Of a DNA stretch of 64,000 nt, positions 30,601 through 38,305 are shown in pieces; within the stretch, counting starts at the first letter, position 1; the number at the start of each line of letters is the position of its first letter. The stretch is from an uncultured delta proteobacterium (GTDB lineage Bacteria > Desulfobacterota > Syntrophia > Syntrophales > UBA5619). Under the pieces are notes generated by a model. That model ran no database searches, was not told the origin of the DNA, and saw only the letters and a program-made list of their open reading frames with translations. The stretch spans positions 224,001-288,000 of the forward strand of contig CAWFOM010000006.1 of assembly GCA_963817385.1 (NCBI GenBank), read 5' to 3'. The translations under genes and the position numbers were made by a program.

Positions 30601-30733
30601 AAGCCGCGAGCACCTGGAAACGATGATCCGCGCCGCGGGCTTTGAGATTGTAACGATGGAGCAGGCGGCGCCGCTGAGCGAGGAGATCTGGTTTATCGCA
30701 GACCGGCGCGCACCCGGAGAGACATCGCCATGA
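27641..30733 (+). CDS. MMPL/RND-type exporter fused to a C-terminal class I SAM methyltransferase
   Basis: Two TM bundles with FTVDLG / GMGIDYG, ATTLIGFGVL; C-terminal ILDIGCGYG, LDVIH, PGGRLVI. Confidence 0.88.
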   Translation: MFFQRYRFRWSLIAAIAAVLGAVLFYESAGIRIETDILASMPRHDPVLADAYRVVRHLPAQNRLIVDCAINGGDRDVLVVAGDLIEAGLRESGLFREVGAGQMETFFPELVAHVAGHLPLLFDGPQLEAQIAPLLAPSELRRILSEDLKALQGLEGIGQADLIARDPLGLRNLVLARMAQLLPSRDAQLYRGKIFSRDGAHLLIIAELKGAATDAASSRAIPPLIDTLAERLNARHQTGSARFTLTPAGAYRAALDNENAARRDMRGAILLTTLGIAFLLVITFPRPLIGLLALLPSTVGAVFALLVCSFFFPSLSILAVSFGGAIMAFTVDLGITYLLFLDRPCQVSGRQAAREVQSGEILAALTTIGAFLLLLLSKFSVLAEIGLFSALGVAFTYAFVHWVFPMIFPVMPPALKPRSPWLGRILDGIALSGGKAKLAAAALFFTTMLFFARPVFLVDINAMNSLSDETISADRTLQQVWGDLTSRVYVMTEGKNSVELQAKSDRLAGMFREDVKRGTINAAFLLSDLFPGEELARRRAADWQAFWTAARIADLRREFLRAGRELGFAPNAFAPFAALLTGPPPAAAPVPENLMGFLGIAAEKSSMVQVSMVTPGPAYDANAFFARYSKTDLANLFDAGLFNRRLGEILVSLFTEIAVVTAFGIVLVVFLFFLEWRLSLVVLAPVAFALVGTLGTLKLLGRPVDIPGIMLWIVIMGMGIDYGIYYTCSYQRYLDERHPSMSLIRQAMFLAGATTLIGFGVLALAKHAVLKSIGLTSLLGIAYSLVGAFLIVPPLVKRVLVPVELPPETLEAGSRRHTERTLLRYSTIETTPRLFARWKLRLDPMFPRLAAFMKDPRRILDIGCGYGVPSVWLLELFPSATVSCIDPDGERIRVAGRALGPRGEARTGRAPGIGGLPDGADTALILDVIHMLDDGELRETLAILNEKLIPGGRLVIRTTIPAGGGRPWMRWIEERRLKRHRLSPCYRSREHLETMIRAAGFEIVTMEQAAPLSEEIWFIADRRAPGETSP

Positions 30734-31641
30734 AGGATTTCTTCTACCGCTGCCTCATGTTTCTGGCGAGGAGATTCGGGAGCTGGATCTTTCTCCTGAT
30801 CGCCTGGCACGTGGCGCTGGGGTATTTTCTCTTCTTTCCCCGCCGCGTTGCTGTGAGCGTCCGCTTCTACCGCCGCCTCTTTCCGGAGCGCCCGCGCCGG
30901 CACGCCCTGTGGTGCGCCTGGCAGCAGTATCACCATTTCGTCCATGTCTTCCTCGACCGATTCCTCCTGCTGGAAGGTGCTGAGCTCGAAACGACGTATG
31001 AGGGATGGGAGCACATCGTCGCGGCGACCCGAAGCGGCCGCGGGGGGGTCATCCTCATGTCCCATGTGGGGAGCTGGGAGATCGCCGCCCACCTCCTCAG
31101 GCGTTACGGTCAGAGCGATCAGAGCATGAAGCTGATGCTCTACCTGGGGGCGAAACACCGGGAACAGATCGAGCGGCGGCAGAAGAAGAGCATAGAAAAA
31201 AGCGGCATCCGTATCGTCTCGGTTCCGGAGGACGGGGGATCGGCCATGGACATCCTGGAGGGGCTGAAGTTTCTCCGGGAGGGGGGATTGGTCTCCCTGA
31301 CGGGGGACCGGCTGTGGGGCCGGGAGCAGAAGGCCGTCACCGTCCGGTTTGCCGGCTGCCGGGCCCGGGTCCCGGAGATCCCCTACATCCTGGCGATGAT
31401 GTCCGGGGCGCCGCTCCTGATTTTTTTCGGGTACCGCACGGGCAGGGGGAGGTATCATCTCGTCACGAGTCCGCCCATCACTGTCGCTGCGGCTTCCCGC
31501 GGCGAGCGGCGCAAGGCCGTCGAGGCTGCCGCCCAGGCCTATGCCGATCTCCTTGTTGAGACGGTCCGCGCCCATCCCTACGAGTGGTACCACTTCGATC
31601 CCTTCCTGTTGAAGCCGGGCTGCGCGGAAGAGGATAAATAA
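30730..31641 (+). CDS. LpxL-type (lipid A lauroyl) acyltransferase (ApeJ C-terminal-like)
   Basis: SHVGSWE (HxxxxE), GDR, HPYEWYHF; ATGA overlap. Confidence 0.88.
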   Translation: MKDFFYRCLMFLARRFGSWIFLLIAWHVALGYFLFFPRRVAVSVRFYRRLFPERPRRHALWCAWQQYHHFVHVFLDRFLLLEGAELETTYEGWEHIVAATRSGRGGVILMSHVGSWEIAAHLLRRYGQSDQSMKLMLYLGAKHREQIERRQKKSIEKSGIRIVSVPEDGGSAMDILEGLKFLREGGLVSLTGDRLWGREQKAVTVRFAGCRARVPEIPYILAMMSGAPLLIFFGYRTGRGRYHLVTSPPITVAAASRGERRKAVEAAAQAYADLLVETVRAHPYEWYHFDPFLLKPGCAEEDK

Positions 31642-31766
31642 GATTCATCCGGCTGACGCGGCACTTTGATGATCGAGGATGAGATCAAAGGCCTATAGCA
31701 AGCAACCTTATTACAAATGTTGGTGGACGGGGTACGATAAAATCTAACAATTACCGTTTGAAAGTT

Positions 31767-31835
31767 TCTAACGTTTCACATAAGCGGCGTTGGAAACGTT
31801 GGGCGTAGCCCAGTGTTTCCAACGCCCGATTTCAT
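31767..31835 (+). repeat. Truncated attC-like palindrome
   Basis: TCTAAC core, then GGCGTTGGAAAC..TGGGC-GTA-GCCCA..GTTTCCAACGCC stem; distal GTTRRRY core absent. Confidence 0.5.
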
Positions 31836-31918
31836 ACCGGCTATTCAATCGGTGGCCGCACCTCGTTCTTGCTCACCCTACCTGACAGCTCCGCAAGAAC
31901 AATGCACCTAGTTGCTGT

Positions 31919-34321
31919 CTACTTCTTCTCCTTCTTCTTCATTTCAGCGCACAGGCATGCCTCGGGAGCGAACTGCCAGTTAATCCGTCCGACCTCGTCG
32001 CCCATGTATATCTGCCGAATCGCAACGCCATGACCGTATACGATCTTGCCTTTGTGTGGGCGAATCTTGAACACGCAAGGCAGGCGCCCCATTCGTGGGA
32101 TTTTGACCTCTTCCAACATGATTCGAGGACGGGCTGGAAGCGTCAATCGTGCCTTATCGCGCTTCTTGTCTTGGACAAGTTTCCATGGGTTTTCACCCTT
32201 GAGGCGTATGAGCAACCCCAACGGCCCTTCCAGTTCCAGCACCGCGTCCTCGGGCAGTCTTCGCTCGACCTCAAACGCGAAGAGCCGTGCGCGGTCATCT
32301 GCTCCGGCCAGTTTGAAGGAAAAGGAGGGGGTAGCGTCCGGCGTGTCTGGAAGGTTGTTCACGACGTTGAAGTTGCGCCACGTAACGTTGTTGTGAGCGC
32401 GGATCATGTCCTGGAATGAGGCCCAGTCGAGAGGACCCGGAGTTGGGGGCGCCGGGTCATTGAGGTGCTGCAGCGTAGCGACGAAGCAGTAGTGGGCTAT
32501 GCCGGGAATCCCTGCTTTGGGCCAAGCCAGTCTGGGGGAAACCGTCAGCACGTTGCCGACGGGAACCAGGGGGAGAGTCACGCTGCCGATGAGGTGCCAT
32601 GTCGAGGGGGTGACCAACGTGGCAACTTCGCTCCAGTAGACCGTAGCGGCGACATTGGTAGCCGGCGCGCCTCCCCGATTGCGCACCCTCACGTAAATTG
32701 AGTTCTCCTGGCCGGACTCTACCTCGTACCCGAGAGTTTCCGAGTTTTCCGTTCCGCTTCCCTCACCATAGGTCAGTTGAGGATCGGCTACAGGTGAGGG
32801 GCGGACAATGACATCTGGACTGGTGGAAATGGAGCCCATCCACGGAACGGCTCCACTGTCTCCAACGGCGTCGCGAAGGTAGATGTCAGGCAGAAGCCCC
32901 AGTGTGGGCACGATCGCGGCTAAGTCGGGCATCACGGCAATAGCACCCGCGACCCCGGCTCCCTGCGGTGTGCCGGTGGCGGGATTCGAGAGTAACGCCC
33001 GCATCTGCCCCGGAGAGAGTTGCGTGCCGGTTGCCGACTGGTAGTTAGATTGTACCAGCGCCGCTGCACTCACGATAATCGGCGAGGCGCTGCTCGTGCC
33101 TTGGAACGTGTCGGTGTACCACCTGTCGGCGTTGCCACCGCCGTTGTCGAGATCGCCGTAACCGGTGGAGGTGACGTTCTCTCCCCAGGCGAAGCAGTCA
33201 ATGCGGCTTCCGAAGTTGGAAGCCCACCAACGGTTGTGTGGTACGGTCGAGACCGAAGCCCCCACCATGATCGCGCCTGAGTCCACGAAGTCGGCCGACG
33301 TTCGATTAAGCCGCCGGAGTCCTCCAGGGGTGCTCCAAGCATCGAGGTCCGTGTCCCCGTTCCCGCCGGCCTCCACCACGATGATCCCCCGCGCCGTCGC
33401 CAGCCGGATGACGTCGAGACGGTCGTCGAGCGTCTCGACGGGCAGGAATGAGGTCTGCAATTCGATCAAGAGAATCTGGCCGACCGACATGGCTGCCACC
33501 GCGGCGACCAGCGCGTCGGTCACGTGCTGTACACCGCCCGCGTCATAGATCGAACTCATCCGTATGGAGTTAATCGCAGGGGCCGAGCCAACCACCCCTA
33601 CCGTGTTGTCACTGGCCAAGATCTCGCCTAAGACCGCGGTGCCGTGATCCTCCCAGCTTGCGTATTGGACACCATGGATGAGTGTCGGCGTCTTGCCGGC
33701 GAGGTCCTCGTGGGTCACCCGCCAGCCACCTTCCACATCGACGATGCCGATGCCGGCCCCTTCTCCATTCGGCTGCGTCCACATCCAACGCGCGTCGATG
33801 CCCACGGGAGCGGCGTCCTGGTAGTCCTGACCAGCATTGTACGCGTCATCCCCCGGAGTCACGACGGGTAGCGTGGAGAGCGGCTCCTCCCAGGCCGAGT
33901 CGACCTCCGGCAACGACGACAGCATCTCGATCAGCCGGGTGATTTCTTCCCGCGGGCGTTCACGTAGGTCGAGGCGCCAGTACTGGGTAAGACTATGCAG
34001 CGGTGGATATTTGGTGTGAGCCACCTCGCGCTCCAAATCCAGGATTTTCTCAGCCGGAACCGAGCGTACCAGCCGGTGGGATTCAGGCGAGCGGGCGTTC
34101 TCAAGGACCTGGGACAGGCCCTTCAAGGCATATATCTTCGCATGGGCAACGAGCGTATCCGCCACCTTGTCCCGCCCGACAGGACTCGCTTCGGCGGCGA
34201 GTCTAATAACCACCATGCCCGAAGGCCGCTCCGCCTTCGCCGGATCCCCGATCATGGGACGAACCGGCAACCCCCGGACGACTTCCCTTTTTTTCTTTTC
34301 GCTTGTTTCATTCTGATTCAT
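31919..34321 (-). CDS. S8 subtilase serine peptidase with prodomain and C-terminal beta-domain
   Basis: IVDVE (Asp), HGTAVLG (His), AGGNG (oxyanion Asn), FQGTSSASP (Ser); AAGGAGG SD. Confidence 0.9.
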   Translation of the reverse strand: MNQNETSEKKKREVVRGLPVRPMIGDPAKAERPSGMVVIRLAAEASPVGRDKVADTLVAHAKIYALKGLSQVLENARSPESHRLVRSVPAEKILDLEREVAHTKYPPLHSLTQYWRLDLRERPREEITRLIEMLSSLPEVDSAWEEPLSTLPVVTPGDDAYNAGQDYQDAAPVGIDARWMWTQPNGEGAGIGIVDVEGGWRVTHEDLAGKTPTLIHGVQYASWEDHGTAVLGEILASDNTVGVVGSAPAINSIRMSSIYDAGGVQHVTDALVAAVAAMSVGQILLIELQTSFLPVETLDDRLDVIRLATARGIIVVEAGGNGDTDLDAWSTPGGLRRLNRTSADFVDSGAIMVGASVSTVPHNRWWASNFGSRIDCFAWGENVTSTGYGDLDNGGGNADRWYTDTFQGTSSASPIIVSAAALVQSNYQSATGTQLSPGQMRALLSNPATGTPQGAGVAGAIAVMPDLAAIVPTLGLLPDIYLRDAVGDSGAVPWMGSISTSPDVIVRPSPVADPQLTYGEGSGTENSETLGYEVESGQENSIYVRVRNRGGAPATNVAATVYWSEVATLVTPSTWHLIGSVTLPLVPVGNVLTVSPRLAWPKAGIPGIAHYCFVATLQHLNDPAPPTPGPLDWASFQDMIRAHNNVTWRNFNVVNNLPDTPDATPSFSFKLAGADDRARLFAFEVERRLPEDAVLELEGPLGLLIRLKGENPWKLVQDKKRDKARLTLPARPRIMLEEVKIPRMGRLPCVFKIRPHKGKIVYGHGVAIRQIYMGDEVGRINWQFAPEACLCAEMKKKEKK

Positions 34322-34419
34322 GTTGATCCTCCTTTTTGAACAATTGATGGTATGCAGATGATCTCCTCTCTTTTGTCACAAGATTTAGACAGGTTAGCTT
34401 TTTCAGTAGGGTTACAAAT

Positions 34420-34510
34420 AACAGCCCCCAAAGAGGTATAACAACTCCGTGGAGGCCTTCATATTGGCACCTTCCGGTAACTCCTTCTCACGGTGACCTC
34501 CTGGAGGTTA
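34420..34510 (-). ncRNA. Candidate structured RNA motif, copy A
   Basis: About 60-bp near-repeat of copy B, core GGAAGGTGCCAATATGAAG, followed by a GCCTCCA/TGGGGGC hairpin. Confidence 0.4.
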
Positions 34511-34639
34511 GTGTTTTAGGTTTGGGGTTAACGGTGACCGGGCAAGAAGGAGATTGAGATCTGGCTATCTTGAAAGATGCTCTTAAGGTCAGATGGAGAT
34601 CAGTTGGAACTCAAACTTGGATTTATTGGGAAATAATGA

Positions 34640-34775
34640 ACAAACCTCCAAAAGGACGTCATGTCCTGCTGGAGGCTTCATATTGGCACCTTCCGATAAT
34701 TCCGTTTCACGGTGGACTCCGGGAGGTTAAGGGGAAGGTTGATGGGTTTACCGAGATGATAAGAGAAGCTACAAT
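34640..34775 (-). ncRNA. Candidate structured RNA motif, copy B
   Basis: Downstream of a TTGACT promoter; CCGTGAAACGG..GGAAGGTGCCA core; CCTCCA/TGGAGG hairpin then TTTGTT. Confidence 0.45.
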
Positions 34776-34778
34776 CGA

Positions 34779-34807
34779 AAAATATTCTTATGCGAATGTA
34801 AAGTCAA
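34779..34807 (-). promoter_or_regulatory. Sigma70-like promoter
   Basis: TTGACT-N17-TATTTT; TTGACT-N12-AAGAATATTT also at 53921-53948 (+). Confidence 0.55.
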
Positions 34808-34850
34808 GAGGAAAATAGCATCAGTTCTCAGACTGCAGCATAGTTGCAGC

Positions 34851-34889
34851 AAAAGAAAAAGGGGCCACAGAATAAGCTCTGTAACCCCT
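34851..34889 (-). terminator. Rho-independent terminator after the tRNA 3' duplicate
   Basis: AGGGGTTACAGAG..TTCTGTGGCCCCT followed by TTTTCTTTT on the minus strand. Confidence 0.7.
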
Positions 34890-34897
34890 CGTTTTTT

Positions 34898-34943
34898 CTG
34901 GAGCCGATGAGCAGGATCGAACTGCTGACCTGCTGATTACGAA
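34898..34943 (-). repeat. att-type direct repeat (3' half of tRNA-Thr)
   Basis: 46 bp identical to 35998-36043, extending from the anticodon loop to CCA. Confidence 0.92.
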
Positions 34944-35380
34944 AAAGATATACTCATGTTCTACCCCGCATTACTGCTGTATTTTATTTTTTGACTGTGT
35001 CCCAACAGAGTATTTTAAGGTCTTTCCCGTGTCCCAGATTCATAAGTCCCGTCCTAATCTATGTTTTGTCCGTTCTCATGATTCTCCTTTAAAAAATTGA
35101 TCCTCGGGTTTTTTATTTAGTATTTCCTGTAACAAAGCATCTGATGATTTTTACAGGCATACTTTATTTCAAACGATATTCAATAAGCTCGGGATATTCC
35201 GGAGACAATAAAGTAGGTTAATAAGTTGTCTGACTCTCCTTAACGTATCCCTCAATATATTGAGGTTTCACCAAATATTGAGGCAAACAGATCGTTTCTC
35301 ACTTCTCTGCTGTTCTGTGCTATTAATCTAATCGCCTGTTATTATAGGATGAATCAAAACTTCTGATTTTTTCCAACTAT

Positions 35381-35396
35381 TGGCAAGTCATTTGCT
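35381..35396 (+). promoter_or_regulatory. Sigma54 (-24/-12) promoter
   Basis: TGGCAAGTCATTTGCT matches TGGCA-N6-TTGCW, 60 bp upstream of the small lipoprotein ORF. Confidence 0.7.
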
Positions 35397-35456
35397 GTTA
35401 TAGCTTAACGAAGGGCTATGAAAGTTTTTCAAAAAAGATAAAAAGAGGAGGAGGCG

Positions 35457-35624
35457 ATGAAGAGAATCATTATGCTGGCAATGGTTTTGGTGATGATGCT
35501 TGCATCTATTGGAGGATGTTCGCCATGGTGGAATAAAGATGGCGGGGGTGGAGGAGATGGAGGACAGCGGTCATCAAGGCCTTCAAGGAATGGAATAACA
35601 GGATTTGAAGCTCCTTCTCATTGA
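35457..35624 (+). CDS. Small Gly-rich lipoprotein (55 aa)
   Basis: GAGGAGGAGG SD; MKRIIMLAMVLVMMLASIGG-C lipoprotein signal; below the ORF-track cutoff. Confidence 0.7.
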   Translation: MKRIIMLAMVLVMMLASIGGCSPWWNKDGGGGGDGGQRSSRPSRNGITGFEAPSH

Positions 35625-35961
35625 AAGTGATCATATGGGTCAAAGAGTTTGAGAATTTGCGGAACGAAAAGATCATTCGCATTTCCAACGATAATCAATA
35701 AACTTTAACCTCTTTGCCTTCGTTTGATTGTAGGTGTTATCGGATAAGATCGATGAGGCCCTGAAAAACATTTCCCAGTATTTTTTTAAATTCATCGTTT
35801 TTTTAATTAAGGCAAGTGGGAAATTTGTTCCAGACTGACCAACTGATTAATTGCTGATTAAGACGAATGATAAAAAAATAGTCGTAAATGCTCTATATTA
35901 TTATGTTTAATTAAAGACCAGAAAGAACAGTGGGACACAGTGTGTCCCTTTTTTCATAATA

Positions 35962-35991
35962 AAGGGGTCACGATTTCACTCGTAACCCCTT
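35962..35991 (-). terminator. Hairpin downstream of tRNA-Thr
   Basis: AAGGGGTTACGA..TCGTGACCCCTT stem on the minus strand. Confidence 0.6.
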
Positions 35992-35998
35992 ATTTTAC

Positions 35999-36074
35999 TG
36001 GAGCCGATGAGCAGGATCGAACTGCTGACCTGCTGATTACGAATCAGCTGCTCTACCGTCTGAGCTACATCGGC
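35999..36074 (-). tRNA. tRNA-Thr (CGT)
   Basis: GCCGATG acceptor stem, D-arm AGCTCAG.CGGTAGAGC, CTGAT-T-CGT-A-ATCAG, GTTCGA T-loop, CCA end; 76 nt. Confidence 0.97.
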
Positions 36075-36325
36075 CTTACATCCTGTGGTGCATGTACCTC
36101 TTTTCAAGATTTGCCTATCTATCGCAAGCAATACCCCTTGTCAAGGTTTTCATGCGCACGCTTTCATGCGTTCGTTTCTGTTGGATACGGAGATCGCCTT
36201 GACTTTCAGGGCTTCTCTGATATTATCCCTGAAATTTGTCTGGGGGGAAGTGTGGGACGGTGTTTTCACCATGACCAGGGAATAATTGGCTCTCCCGTCC
36301 GAGAGGCTCGACGGAAATAACTGCA

Positions 36326-38291
36326 ATGTCTCTGAAGGAAAATCTCAGATACCGAAGCTGGGTCGAGGTCGATCTCGGCAACTTCGCCGCGAACTGGGCG
36401 GAAATGAAGCGGCTGGTCGGTCCCACTGCGCAGATCATGCAGGTGGTCAAGGCGGACGCCTACGGCCACGGGGCGATTGAGATCTCCAACGTCGCCCTCG
36501 TAAACGGCGCCTCCTGCCTCGGCGTGGCGAACGCCGACGAAGGGGTGCAACTCCGGGTGAGCGGGATCACCGCTCCCGTCATCATCCTCTCCCCTGCCAC
36601 CGATTCCGAGATCGACCAGATCATCAAATATAACCTGATCCCCTCGGTATCCGATCTCGGCTTTGCCCGGGAATTTCAGAAGCGGGCCCGCAAGGCCGGC
36701 ATCCGCACGCCCATCCATGTCGAGGTGGACACGGGGATGGGCCGGGGCGGCACTACCCGGGAGGAGGCCGTCCCGGTCATCCGGGAGATCGCCGCCTTCC
36801 CCAATCTCTGCCATTGAGGGGATCTTCACCCATTTTGCCGAAAGCGAGATCCTCTCCTACTACAATGACCTGCAGTGGCGCTCCTTCGCGGAGATCCTGG
36901 AGAAACTGGCGGCGCACAACATCACGATACCGATCCGCCACATCTCCAACAGCGGCGCCATCCTGAACTACCCGCAGTTTCACCTCGACATGGTGCGGCC
37001 GGGGATCATCTCCTACGGGATCTACCCCTCGCCGGAAACCCGGGCGAAGGCCTCCCTCGCCCCCGTGATGAGCTTCAAGACGCGGGTGGTCCTCGTCAAG
37101 GAGTTCCCCGAAGGGTACAGCATCGGCTACGGCCGGACCTTCATCACCCGGCGGCCCACCCGGATCGCCACCATCCCGGTCGGCTACGGCGACGGCTTCG
37201 GCTGGCTCCTCGGGAACCAGGGGGAGGCCCTGATCCGGGGGAGGCGCGTTCCCATCGCCGGCCGCATCTCGATGGACATGTGCACGCTCGACATCAGCCA
37301 GATCCCGGAGTGCCAGGTCGGCGAGGAGGTGGTCCTCATGGGGGAACAGGGGGGCGAGCGGATCACCGCCGACGAGATCGCCCGGAAGGTGCATACGATC
37401 AGCTACGAGATCCTCTGCGCCCTCGGGAAGCGGGCGCCGCGGGTCTTCCTCCACCAGGGGCGGGCCGACCGGGTGGAACCGAGCCTCCGGCGGATCTTCA
37501 TCCCCGATGAGGAGAAATCGATCTCCCGGATCGACACGATCATCCGCCACTGCTTCCAGACGCGGGCGCGCAACGAGGAGCTCGGCGACGCGATCTACTA
37601 CGAGATGTTCGAGACCCTCTTCGGCAAGGAGGACCGCCAGCTCGAACTCAGGGACGATTTCCGCTACGCCATCCACGTGACGGAGTTCACGCCGGAGGAG
37701 GAGGTTCCGGAGGAGCTGCGGCGGGATTACTTCAAGGTCACGACCCATGTGGAGTACACGAAGGCCATCCGGCACGCCCACTTCGTGATCGGCTGCGCAC
37801 AGGACAACGAGCAACTGGCGGCGTTCTTCGAAGACAAGCGGTGCGAATACCGCTGGCTCCTGAACGGCGGGGAAAACCTCACGGCCGAGAGGGATTTCCG
37901 GGTGAACGGCGTCCGGATCGATGGCGAGGCGGTGCCGATCATCCGGACGGAGAGCACCGCACGGGGCTATGAGGTCTGGTGCGGATCGGACGAGCTCAAA
38001 AAGAAGCTCAACCGTCAGGTCCGGGTGGAAATCGAGATCGAAACCAAAAAACTCAAAGCCAACCGGCTCTTCTCCGCCTACCTGGTCTATCCAACCCGGG
38101 GGATGGAGATCTCCTTCAATTACGGAGGGACGAATATCAAAAACGTCCGGGACGTCGGTTTCTTCGCCGGGAAACACCCCTATCCGGAGGTGACCCGGGA
38201 AAAGGGGAAATCGGTCACCCTCCGCCTCGGGAACGATGCATGGATCTTCCCCACGAGCGGTGTGACGTTCATTTGGGATCTGGTAGAGTAA
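36326..38291 (+). CDS. alr: Alanine racemase with a long C-terminal extension (one +1 frameshift near 36809)
   Basis: VVKADAYGHG (PLP Lys), VDTGMGR, GIFTHF, MVRPG, IGYG, GYGDG, GRISMD, TISYE; about 270 extra aa. Confidence 0.9.
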
Positions 38292-38305
38292 TTTAGAGAA
38301 AAGGT

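Larger units (their letters stand above)
34898..36043. mobile_element. 1.1-kb integrase-less genomic islet at tRNA-Thr
   Basis: Bounded by 46-bp direct repeats exactly 1100 bp apart; visibly AT-rich; GTGTCCC(A) repeats near both ends. Confidence 0.75.

Noticed and set aside
34465..34700. TGGCAC in the two repeats as sigma54 promoters
   Set aside because: No TTGC at -12 (followed by CTTCCGGTA / CTTCCGATA)
34420..34730. The repeats as a CRISPR array or a known riboswitch (SAM-I GGTGCCAA, c-di-GMP, glycine)
   Set aside because: Only two roughly 60-bp copies 220 bp apart with no cas genes; other conserved elements of those riboswitches are not visible
35940..36320. 126-aa ORF over the tRNA
   Set aside because: Antisense reading of tRNA-Thr and its promoter region
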